Of a DNA stretch of 64,000 nucleotides, positions 38,385 to 49,060 are shown piece after piece. Within the stretch, counting starts at the first letter, position 1; every line of letters starts with the position of its first letter. A model generated the notes under the pieces. The model searched no databases. It saw only the letters and a list, made by a program, of their open reading frames with translations, and was not told the origin of the DNA. A program made the position numbers and the translations under genes. The stretch is from Macrostomum lignano. Taxonomy: Eukaryota. Where the stretch lies: the NCBI GenBank assembly GCA_002269645.1, contig NIVC01001126.1, positions 263,687 to 327,686 on the forward strand. The letters run 5' to 3'.

Positions 38385-39780
38385 ATAGTGCCTGCGGCGT
38401 TAAAGTGAGTGCCTGCGGCGTTAAAGTGAGTGCCTGCGGCGTTAAAGTGAGTGCCTGCGGCGTTAAAGTGAGTGCCTGCGGCGTTAAAGTGAGTGCCTGC
38501 GGCGTTAAAGTGAGTGCCTGCGGCGTTAAAGTGAGTGCCTGCGGCGTTAAAGTGAGTGCCTGCGGCGTTAAAGTGAGTGCCTGCGGCGTTAAAGTGAGTG
38601 CCTGCGGCGTTAAAGTGAGTGCCTGCGGCGTTAAAGTGAGTGCCTGCGGCGTTAAAGTGAGTGCCTGCGGCGTTAAAGTGAGTGCCTGCGGCGTTAAAGT
38701 GAGTGCTTGCGGAGCTAAAATGAGTGCACTGCGGCGCCAAAATGAGTGCCTGCGGCGCCAAAATGAGTGCCTGCGGCGCTAAAATGAGTGCTTGCGGAGC
38801 TAAAATGAGTGCACTGCGGCGCCAAAATGAGTGCCTGCGGAGCTAAAATGAGTGCACTGCGGCGCCAAAATGAGTGCTTGCGGAGCTAAAATGAGTGCAC
38901 TGCGGCGCCAAAATGAGTGCCTGCGGCGCCAAAATGAGTGCCTGCGGCGCTAAAATGAGTGCCTGCGGCGATAATGTGAGTGCCTGCGGCGCTAAAATGA
39001 GTGCACTGCGGCGCCAAAATGAGTGCTTGCGGAGCTAAAATGAGTGCACTGCGGCGCCAAAATGAGTGCTTGCGGAGCTAAAATGAGTGCACTGCGGCGC
39101 CAAAATGAGTGCCTGCGGCGCCAAAATGAGTGCCTGCGGCGCTAAAATGAGTGCTTGCGGAGCTAAAATAAGTGCACTGCGGCGCCAAAATGAGTGCCTG
39201 CGGCGCCAAAATGAGTGCCTGCGGCGCTAAAATGAGTGCTTGCGGAGCTAAAATGAGTGCACTGCGGCGCCAAAATGAGTGCCTGCGGCGCCAAAATGAG
39301 TGCCTGCGGCGCCAAAATGAGTGCCTGCGGCGCTAAAATGAGTGCTTGCGGAGCTAAAATGAGTGCACTGCGGCGCCAAAATGAGTGCCTGCGGCGCCAA
39401 AACGAGTGCCTGCGGCGATAATGTGAGTGCCTGCGGCGCTAAAATGAGTGCCTGCGGCGCCAAAACGAGTGCCTGCGGCGATAATGTGAGTGCCTGCGGC
39501 GCTAAAATGAGTGCCTGCGGCGCTAAAGTGAGTGCCTGCGGCGCTAAAATGAGTGCCTGCGGAGCTAAAATGTGTGCCTGCGGAGCTAAAATGAGTGCCT
39601 GCGGCGCTAAAATGAGTGTATTTGGCGCCAAAATGAGCGCCTGCTTGCGGCGCCAAAACGAGTGCCTGTCTAGGGCGCCAAAACAAGTGCCTGTGACACT
39701 AAAACGAGTGCCTGTGATAGTAAAATGAGTGCCTGCGGTGCAAAAATGTGCGCCTGTGGCGCGAAAATGAGCGCTAACAA
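38385..39780. repeat. 21-bp minisatellite filling a DDX60 intron
   Basis: gagtgcctgcggcgttaaagt (perfect block to about 38705), then gagtgcctgcggcgccaaaat variants. Confidence 0.96.
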
Positions 39781-39910
39781 TACCGATTCCCAAAATAATT
39801 TGCATGTAGGAATTTAGTCATGTACATGTAGAATTCTTGGCTTTATCCCCTCTTCCCACTATAAAATCCCATAGTGTTTTACTTTGGAATCTCTCTCGCG
39901 CCCCGTGCAG

Positions 39911-40351
39911 GTGGTCACAGCAACTGCCACCCTGGCTCTGGGCGTTCACATGCCCTGCAAAACTGTCGTATTCGCTGGCGATGACAAGTTTCTGGACGCG
40001 CTCAACTATCACCAGATGGCCGGTCGGTCCGGCCGGCGTGGCTTCGACAACATCGGCAACATTGTGTTCTACGGCGTGCCCGCCTCTAAGATTGCTCACC
40101 TGATCCAAGCCGACCTGCCCGAACTCAAGGGCGGCTTTCCGCTCACCTGCGCTTTCGTTCTCAGACTGTTGCTTCTGACTGGGAATGCCACTGATCCGGA
40201 GGTGGCCCACGCTAAAGCTGCTACGGTTTTGGAGCACCCGTTTGCTGCGCACCAGAAGCCGGATATGATGCAGCAATTGCGATTGTTCTTCCTGTTCAGT
40301 GCGGAGTTTCTGCACAGGCAGGATCTTATTAATGAGTTGGGCGCTCCTCTG
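39911..40351 (+). CDS. DDX60: DDX60-like exon E (helicase motifs V and VI)
   Basis: gtgcag|VVTATATLALGVHMPCKTVVF...YHQMAGRSGRRGFD; donor CTG|gtgagt. Confidence 0.95.
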
Positions 40352-40662
40352 GTGAGTCTCATTGAGTAACAATTTGGCACCGTGTGTTTTTCCCAAGCTG
40401 GATGCCATTTAGTCTAAGAGTCCTTTCACAGTCGTTGCAGGTAACACAGGTAAAATAGTGAAAGAAGTGACTCTCTAGACGACTATAAAACGACGAGAGT
40501 CAATTTGAGGCGTTTTATTGCCCGCGACTCTGAAACTAACAACTGTGTACATTTAGTCTACTTGTGTTAGTAGAAAGTTAAGCTTTAACAACGACTTTTT
40601 TTGCGACTCCTTGTTTTACGATTCTCTGCAACTCACGTGACTCGCTCTCGGCCATTCTTCAG

Positions 40663-41096
40663 GACCTGGCCGGCTTAGTATGCCACATGGGCTACCAGCA
40701 GCCTGGCAACTTCGTGCTCACCTATCTGCTTCGATCTCCCGCTCTGCGCCAGCTGTGCGAGCCGGCCAGCAAACAGCTGCCGTCAATTCACTACGGATTC
40801 TATTGCGAGGGCTGTCAGACTGGCGAACCGATAGTTGGTCAGCGATTCAAGTGCACCAAGTGCTGGTCTGACTACAGCCTGTGCTCCAACTGCTACTCCG
40901 GCCGGCCCAATCACAGCCGGGGCCGGCAGCAGCACACGGCCGCCGATTTTGAGCGTCAATTGCCGCCGTTGCGAGTGCAATTCTCCGACGAGACGTTGAG
41001 AAAATTGGTTCGAATCCTGTGCCACCTGTTCACTAAGATGGAGCTGGCCCGGTCTCTGGTTAAAAGGACGGCTGATGGAGCTCTGCATTATTTAAG
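40663..41096 (+). CDS. DDX60: DDX60-like exon F containing a ZZ-type zinc finger
   Basis: ttcag|DLAGLVCHMGYQQPGNFV; HYGFYCEGC..PIVGQRFKCTKC..YSLCSNCY..H..H; donor AG|gtaa. Confidence 0.9.
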
Positions 41097-42044
41097 GTAA
41101 TAAAATACCTGCCGTTTTTCCGCTAGAATCATTGATGCCGATTGGTAAACCTCTGACAAAATACGTTTATCTTTGCTGATATGCTTTTACCCTACTAGTA
41201 GTAGTTCATGCTTGGAAAATGTTTGCGACGGGGATAGACAAAGAGTTTCTCTACAAATATAGAGCAGTTAAGACGCAGAGTGTACATTCCTCAGGGGTAT
41301 AGTTTTGTCTCGCATAGAAACGCCTAACCGCAGTACCCCTGTGACACTTGTCTCTGCCTGGCTGAAAGCTTGTACTGAGTTAGTAGGCTGGGTTGGAGGG
41401 TACCCGCCAAACTTAATTCGTCCGATTTTTTGCTTTTAGCACCGGTATCTTGATCCGGTTTATTGTCCGGAATCGGCCCATATCCACAGTGTAAAGAAAC
41501 CGGAACAGAGCCGGACAAAAAGTTACGTTTCAGGACCAGGCGTTCAGATTTTATCGCCTTTGCCCTGTTTTATGTCCGGTGATTATTCCGAAGTTTGTTC
41601 CGGTGCCTGATCCGGTCAAAGAGAGCCGGATGTTGCGCCGGTTTTGTTCCGGTGCCTGATCCGGTCAAAGAGAGCCGGATGTTGCGCCGGTTGCTGGACC
41701 GTGGCATTGACCGATCCAAATGGGATCGAGACCGGACCGAAAGCCGGACCGGCCCGGTTTAATCTTGAACCGTTCTCTCCGGAGCAGGAGGCAGTCTTCC
41801 ACGCGAATAGAAAATGAAAAGAAAATTGAAGAGTTTAAACTGAAGTACTTTTTTTTCAATCCAGGCATTTGTCAACCTTTCCATTTCCATGGCAATTTAT
41901 TTTTACTTCCGAAACATCGAAAGCACCGAACATCGCAAATCACACATGGTCCCTTACAAATGCGTCGCTTCCCTTCTGGCGCTCACAAATGAGTCATAAA
42001 GGTGATAAAGGTGATAAAGGACGTTCAATTGGCCGAACCAACCG

Positions 42045-43156
42045 TCAAACCGCAAGCTTCAGCAAGTCAACGAGGCTACCGGCCGACTGCAAATCGTCCA
42101 TGCTCGTGACGAGGTTAGCCGTCGTCACTGAAGCCGCCAACGTATCCGTAGCCGCAGTCGTAGTCGCAGGCGAAGGGTAAATGAGAACCGGATGGTTCTC
42201 ATCAGGCTCCTCCATGACGACAACGATGGCATGGGAGTCTGTCGTCGAGGAGGCCTTCTTCGGCCTCTTGGTAGCGCTTGGCCTCGGGCCGCTCGATCCG
42301 GGCCTCGGGCCGGTGATACGGCGGCACTTCAGTTTCGGCAGACCCTGGCGAACGCGTGCCGTCTCGCGGCAACGCGAGAAAGCGCGTTGTAGTTGGCGCT
42401 TAGTGGCGATGACGCCAACGTTCTGCAGCCACTGCTTAGCGATAAGCAGTTTGGCTGGGTTAGCGGCAGCAGTCAGCCGGTCCCCCAGCTTTCGGCCCGA
42501 GAAATTTGCGCCTGAAAACTCCGTCTCAGAGAACAGTGCCCGCAAGAGACACCGCAACAGCGACGAATGTTCCGAACGCAGTATTGCGGCGTAGTCCGGA
42601 CGCTCTTCGTCGATGTCCACATGTGGCTGGCCAGCCTTTTCTTTGGCCTGCAAATATGTACGGAGATGAGCTTCCAGTATAGAACGGCTCCCGACCTTGA
42701 CAAATATATTCGGTTGGCGGTCCGACAGTGCGACGCGCCCACCGCTATTACTAGCACCGGCCGAGTTTTCAGCGCTGCAGGCAGTCATTATCGCGTGGGT
42801 GTCGCTGGCAGACAAGGCAGCGTCAGCGACGAAGCGTTTGGCCGAGAAATCACTATCGTCCGCGCTATCACAGCTCATGCGTGTTTCGTCGTCGCTGTGA
42901 CCAGCGACGTGTGTGCTAGTATCAGCATTGGTGGACAAATTGTCCGGGTCGGCAACAAGCATAGTGGACGCCCTGATCAGGAATGCGTTGCATGATTGCG
43001 CCCTGTTTTGCATCTGCCGAATGACGTTGTCCTTGCGACGAATCTCACGCTCAAGGCTGCTCTCGCGCAGCGCCAAATAGGAGGTTCGCTCCTTCGCGTC
43101 GTCCAGACGCCGGCGCAGCTCCACTTCGGCAGCCGACTTGTCTCGTATCTCGCCTC
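42045..43156 (-). CDS. Transposon accessory protein exon 2 (coiled coil plus BEN/DUF4806-like domain)
   Basis: gacag|GA in frame with exon 1; LLRALFSETEFSGANFSG...NPAKLLIAKQWL...AFSRCRETAR resembles a BEN helix bundle. Confidence 0.7.
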
Positions 43157-43225
43157 CTGTCAGTGGAGACAAAAGTTAATGTTACTCCGATCAATCATAC
43201 ATTCCCCAGAACATTCAACACTTAC

Positions 43226-43958
43226 TTAGTGTCTCCACTAAGATGTCCGCCTTGCGACTTTCCAGTAGCAGGCTTCGACAGGACGCGCAGCCTCGAGGTG
43301 GCTCTCTGGTCGGGGCGTGCACATTCGTGAGGCGACAAGAAGCCGTCGCTTCTTCACGACTTTCGAAGGGCCCACGGATGAGAGTGCCGATCCACCGACG
43401 GGCAGTTTTCCTATTACTTTTGGCCACTTTAATGGCAACAACACTCCCAACAGAAACTGGGATGGGTCCGTCGCTGCGGCGCTGCACAATATTCTCCGTA
43501 GTGGAGACAACGTCCGTGCGTTCCCGGGATTCGTCATAGCGCATGATGAAGAAGCGCTCGGTAGGCTCTTGCTTGTACGGGAGCATATCGGATCCTTCTT
43601 TCGACGGGTTGCCACCGTCCCGGTTGACTCGCCTGCCACGTGTGTCTCGATCGCCAGAATCAGTAGCTGAGCACCCCGCCTCATGGGCGAAGCAATCGTC
43701 TGCGTCTGCACCATTGGGCGTCGGATTTGCGGTTGGCGGCTTAGGTATGGTCGTCTGGACAGCATCGATCACGGGTGTTAGCGTGTCACTGCCAGCTGGT
43801 AGATTACCATTCGCAGCTGGCTGATCGTCCTTCGGCTTCGCCTTCGCCTTCTTCAGAGATCTTGGAGCTTTAGACTTCGAAGCAGTACTAGCCGCAGCGG
43901 CGGGAGCTGCGGGAGCGGCAGCTTTTTTTCCGCTTGCGAAGCAGGTCGCCTTGCCCAT
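43226..43958 (-). CDS. Transposon accessory protein exon 1
   Basis: ATG to CTAA|gtaagt; 69-nt intron 43157-43225; the spliced product is 614 aa. Confidence 0.7.
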
Positions 43959-44669
43959 TTAAAGACTGTAAGACATGGAGCAGGTTTTGAAATTAGGTAA
44001 TTCCACGTAGAGATGACAAAACTCACGAGTAAGAAAAGTGTGTTCGCCTGCTTCTACGAAGAGACATGCAAGATGTACAGTATGTGCCTAGGCGTGTAGA
44101 AACTCGAAACTAGAACGAAAAAGGGAACTAGATTATGCAACATCTATAGTATGCAAGAAACTATACTACAGTTAATAGAGTATGCAAGTTAAAGAACTTT
44201 CGAAAGAAGACAGCTGACAGATACCCAGCGCTACGCGTGGAGCTGCAGCTCAACAAAAGCAAATCGTTGTTTTTATTGGCATTTCGTCTGTAGCTCCCAG
44301 CTCTTCTCCAGATCCAGACTCCATCATGCAGTCAAAAAGGTGGTAACGAAGAATAACATTAAAAACATACCTCCCCTGTTTACTCCCATGCAGAATTACA
44401 TGGATGCTGCCACAAGAAAATTAAGTAGGTATATGTGCACATGTGTAGTTCGCTTAAGAATCAAACAACAACAATCAAACAATAGAGCAAGTTTTTTCTA
44501 TTGCGCAAATCGAAATTACCGTGTCAATGCCTACACTGAGTAACATACTAACGTCCCTCACTAACTAACTCACTCACTAACCTGGAGTCAGTCACGCCTT
44601 CGAGAGGATCAAAAAGTCGGGATCTAAAAAAGTGTGGCTTTTAGTATGCTGCCCAGTATATCAGTCCAA

Positions 44670-45653
44670 TCAATTCTTTCCGTGGGCCTTCTTCTCCTGC
44701 TGGAGCTCACGCAGATCCCTTAGTGGCCGTCTGCGGCGGCGTAGCGGTCGCATTGCCGCCACAGGTGCTTCCGGCGGAGTCTCGGGCATGTCAATCGCCC
44801 AGAACTGACGTGGATCCGCAATGGGTTTCGGTTGGTTCGACCGGTGTTTGCCGGCCTGCTGCAGTCGTCTTTGGCGGCTTTCTGGAGACAGGTTAGAATA
44901 CCACGACTCGCAGTCCGGACAGCAGTGCGCCTGCAATTCTAGCCTGTCGGCTTTGCGCCTGCATGGGAAGACGCACGCCGGTCTCGAAGTCCTCTCCGGC
45001 AACAGGTTGTAATCAGCGCGGATTTGAGAAGACGACATGCCGGCATACAGGCCTGCAAAGAGACTGACCCGGCGGCTGGGTTCCGGTGCCGGCTCTGCGG
45101 CGGGTGGTACGTGGTACATGTCAGGGCCCTGCGTCTCAAAACCCTCCTCGTCGTCGTAGTTGAACCTGTCGACTGCCTCGGGTTCCGGTGCCGGCTCTGC
45201 GGCGGGTGGTACGTGGTACATGTCAGGGCCCTGCGTCTCAGAACCCTCCTCGTCGTCGTAGTTGAACCTGTCGACTGCCTCGGGTTCCGGTGCCGGCTCT
45301 GCGGCGGGTGGTACGTGGTACATGTCAGGGCCCTGCGTCTCAGAACCCTCCTCGTCGTCGTAGTTGAACCTGTCGACTGCCTCATCGGCGGGTTCCTCAT
45401 TCGATGCCGCCACGGGTTTCGCTAGCACAAGTGGAGTCGAATCGAAAGGCCACATCGACTGCAACACTTGCGTACTAGGAATGTCATCTAATGCGACGAT
45501 GGCCCTATGCGCCCGCACCATGGACCCCGTGTTAAAAACTGGCGACGTGGGACGTGAACGGCCGAGTCGAAGGAGCTCAGAACGGAGCAAACGGTTCTCC
45601 TCTGTGAGGGCGCGGCAGATGGGACAGCTGGCTGCGTGTGACCAGTGGTCCAT
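44670..45653 (-). CDS. Transposon-borne CtIP/Sae2/Ctp1-like protein, 327 aa
   Basis: RRKADRLELQAHCCPDCESWY...RRLQQAGKHR...ADPRQFWAIDMPET aligns by eye to CtIP [21 protein letters not shown]...KKLASCSRHR...NTPENFWEVGFPST; N-terminal CxxC plus short coiled coil. Confidence 0.85.
   Translation of the reverse strand: MDHWSHAASCPICRALTEENRLLRSELLRLGRSRPTSPVFNTGSMVRAHRAIVALDDIPSTQVLQSMWPFDSTPLVLAKPVAASNEEPADEAVDRFNYDDEEGSETQGPDMYHVPPAAEPAPEPEAVDRFNYDDEEGSETQGPDMYHVPPAAEPAPEPEAVDRFNYDDEEGFETQGPDMYHVPPAAEPAPEPSRRVSLFAGLYAGMSSSQIRADYNLLPERTSRPACVFPCRRKADRLELQAHCCPDCESWYSNLSPESRQRRLQQAGKHRSNQPKPIADPRQFWAIDMPETPPEAPVAAMRPLRRRRRPLRDLRELQQEKKAHGKN
45078..45383 (-). repeat. 3 x 102-bp in-frame coding repeat
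   Basis: EAVDRFNYDDEEG(S/F)ETQGPDMYHVPPAAEPAPEP three times. Confidence 0.97.
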
Positions 45654-46254
45654 CGCTGTAAAATTGGGGTAATCGTTATGGCGCTGAAGCGCGTTACCGT
45701 TCGAAATTCACAGCTATTCAACATACTGTGTATACAGCATACTATACTGTACTACAACTAATAGAGGTGCTGGAACTAGTCGTACAGTAACTATAACGAT
45801 ACAAATACAGATCACAGCAGAAACTGTCGCTGAGTTTGATTTCGACGTGAACGAGTATGTCCGATGACATCCTAGATGCTATAGTCATTGTACAAACGGA
45901 AGCAGAAGACAACAGAAAGTCAATGTGTTTTAACTCCTTTAGTTTTCGTCTCGTTTATTTCAATACCTACCTTAATTATATACCTTAGTGTTACATAGAA
46001 CGGAAGAATTGAAACTATAACTTTCATTTTTTAGGCGAAGAAACACATCATCACATTGTCTTAACTTCGAGCAATGAAGACATAACAAACGCTTGTACTG
46101 CTGTTCTCGTTGAGACAGTCTGACTGGAGCAAAATAGGTGTACATTTTTGGGTGGGCGTGACAGGAATTGGATATGTATTGTTTAGCCTCGGACCACTTA
46201 GTCATCTTAGCCAGTAGTTAGCGACAAAACAAAGCACCGAAGCATCCGAGTGGA

Positions 46255-48551
46255 TCAATGATATGACAACTGTGGGTGAGGCAACAGTGCGATGTGGCTC
46301 TCGGAAAGGACACACGAACCGATGACATCCTCAAGCGGTAGTAGTAGCGGATCTCCGTAGTCCGCCAAATCGCCGAATGGATCGGCTGCAAGCCGCCGCA
46401 CGTGAGCGCAACGGCAGCCACGCCTAGCGGAATTGCCACGTACAGCACATAGTGCCTCTAACGGGTCCTGATCTGGTTCGCGGACCGGTAGAATTAGGAC
46501 CCGAAGTGACACTTGTGCACCGGTACTACTAATGGCTTCAACTCGTGCAAAACGAAATGTCGTCGGACGAAACCCGGAAATTGCAACGAAACACGATGCT
46601 ACAGTGCGGCGCAGTGGGCGGTTATCGTTTTGTCGGCTGATGAAAACTACAATGACCAGCCCTGAGGGCAGTGTCGCACTGCGCCACCCATCCAGCATGC
46701 CATGCGGTCGTCGAAGAACTATGGAGTTACGGAGAACGATTTCCGTGCGCCGATGGCTCCGTTGTCGCCTCTCCAAGCCCTCAGCACCTAGCAGACGCGC
46801 TCCAATCTGGTTGGCGGCTATCTGTCTCTCCACTGACGTAACCACGTCAGCCTCGTTGTTGCTCGAGCCATGAAGGAGCTGTTGTAATCGTTTGTGCATG
46901 GTTTCGAACAACCCAGTTGATTGATGATGTATCGGCCCACCGGAGTCTACAGCGCTCAGCATGTGGCAGCAAACTTGATGGGCGTTGTACGTAAGCGCCC
47001 GAGTGGAATATAAGCGCGGTAAATTTGCGAGGAAGCATCTGAGGGACACCTCGACGTGGTCCAGTTCGTCCTTTGGCCCACCTTCAAGTCCCATCCAAAA
47101 CACAGCCGTTGATAGAACTAGTAAATGGTTGTAGTGGTCCGGCGGCAGAAAATCACCCAGAACGAGCGGAGCGAACACTAAAATCCACATTTCTAGTTCG
47201 TGTCCACGAAGATGGCGCAGGTCCTTCAGCTTCCTAACACTGTGGCGTTGCACTGATCGTGGCACGAGAATGCGATTGAGACGCTCGCCGACATCGCCAA
47301 GTCTGGGGTGCAGGTCCGGACAGTTAGTGTCTGCACGGTCTGGCTTCTCATTGCGGATTGCGAACATCTGTAGCAATATCCGACGAACGAGCCCGCCGCA
47401 CAACTGGTGCAAATAACAGGGCGGACAACCTTTTATAAAATCAAAGCCAGGCAGCCTGCTTAGAGGAGAGTGTCCGTACACACCGAGTACGTCGCGGCAA
47501 GTACCACCGCCGTTGCTCACATGTAGATCGGCAAGGTGCGAAGTGTCAGCAGCATTACGCACTGTTGTCTGTGTACAGCCTAGCATAGCAGGAGCGTTCA
47601 ACATGGCGGGTGTAGCTTCGACGTGAAAAAGTCGCCCGCCGCCTTGCAAGTAACCGGTCCGCAGATAGCATTTGTCGCAGTATTTTCCGGAAAAGCGACG
47701 CATGCATAGAGCGTCCGCCCTCGCCGGGGCGTCCATCATCCCAAGGAGGGGATGGAGGCGCAGGACGCAAGTCTCGCCGTTGGCGTTGTTGTACGTTACA
47801 CCTATGGTACGCAGGCTGGACAAGACGTTTACCATAACAGGCAGAAATGCGGCGGCCTTGACTTTTTGCTTGCCAGCCCACACTCCTGCGATGAAAACGT
47901 ATCGCAGTTTAACTCGGTCGTGTACCTCTACGATGGAAATGTAGAATGGGCACACTTCGACGCAGCTAGTACTGAACCGAGGAAAACCATCGAAGCAGAA
48001 AACGTACGACAGATCGGCTCGGCGCTGTACATCGATGACCTCCAGAAAGTCTCGGTACAACGAGCTGTTGTACACGTGCAAAACGTCCGGCTGCACGTCG
48101 CGGTCAGCAGGCCAAACGACGTTGTCAAGAAGTCCACCGCTCTCGATAGACTGTCGGATCTGCTGACGCACGTCGAATGCGTAAAAGTTGGCCACAGATT
48201 CTTCGCCGCAGTGTGCACAGACGTCACCATCGGAAACGTGCCGAAAACGAGTGCGACGCATGCAGCTATTGCAAACGGCGTTGCAAACCGTCGAACCAAT
48301 CGCTGACTGCGCTGAGCTGACGCACGACTCCAGACTTCGTCTTGTTCGCGGTAGACTACAGCCTGGCATAAGGCGATGAAGCAGCGCCATCAGTTTGTCG
48401 ACTACATGATGCTTCATGTGCGTCTCTATGACGAACAGCATAATGTCTGACGCAGCCTGGCCCAGCGTTCCCGGAAGCGCTGGATGGAACGGCTGATGCA
48501 GTTGTGCATCCGGTACCGGCAGCGGTGCGTCTTCGTCGCTGTCAAAGTCGC
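46255..48551 (-). CDS. EnSpm/CACTA transposase exon 2
   Basis: CxxC motifs, FCFDGFP, FIAGVWAGKQK, MDAPARA..FSGKYCDKC, YLHQLCGG, YNAHQVCCH..GPIHHQSTGLFE; uninterrupted frame. Confidence 0.9.
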
Positions 48552-48648
48552 CTTTGATCGAAAATGAAACGAATGAAATGACTTTAGAGGGAGGTGTATA
48601 TGCATCTGCATCGCAATATGCAATTATAATGTATGTGACATTACTTAC

Positions 48649-49060
48649 TGTCACCGACATCTGAGAAGCTACTACCAGAGTCAGATGAGGATGCGACATC
48701 AACGCTCTCACGATTAGTCTCGTTGTCTGCAGATGCAGACTCACTGTTACAGTCGTCCGCAGGTTCGGTATTGTCACTGTCAGCCGATGGGTCGACCTGA
48801 TCACAGCATGCTTGTTGACCAGATGTGCCACCGTCACTGTCACCAGGAGCAGGATCAACAGTAACAGCATCACTGTCATCGTCACTGCTAACAGCGCCGT
48901 TAGAAGCTGCACTTGCAGCGTCAGCGTCAGCTGACGTGCCAGCGCCGCGTTTCTCCACGGGGGATCGCGATCGGGCTGGAGTTGCCGCATTTAACTTTCT
49001 TCGAAACCGGTATGCCCGCATGTACAACCGCCTGTGCAGCCTTTTTTCATCGTCCTCCAT
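48649..49060 (-). CDS. EnSpm/CACTA transposase exon 1
   Basis: MEDDEKRLHRRLYMRAYRFRRK (basic) plus an acidic tract. GACA|gtaagt to tcaaag|GC (97-nt intron) joins in frame to give 902 aa. Confidence 0.78.

Noticed and set aside
38198-39805. ACGVKVS/ACGAKMS repeat ORFs resembling cysteine-rich proteins
   Set aside because: They come from a 21-bp array within a DDX60 intron whose flanking exons join perfectly in phase 0.
45972-46205. 77-aa ORF downstream of the transposase as a fourth transposon gene
   Set aside because: It is short and AT-rich with no recognisable motif, and is probably 3' UTR.
48552-48990. First ~145 aa of the 911-aa ORF as the transposase N-terminus
   Set aside because: This is an alternative-frame read-through; the real start is the ATG at 49060, spliced through a 97-nt intron.
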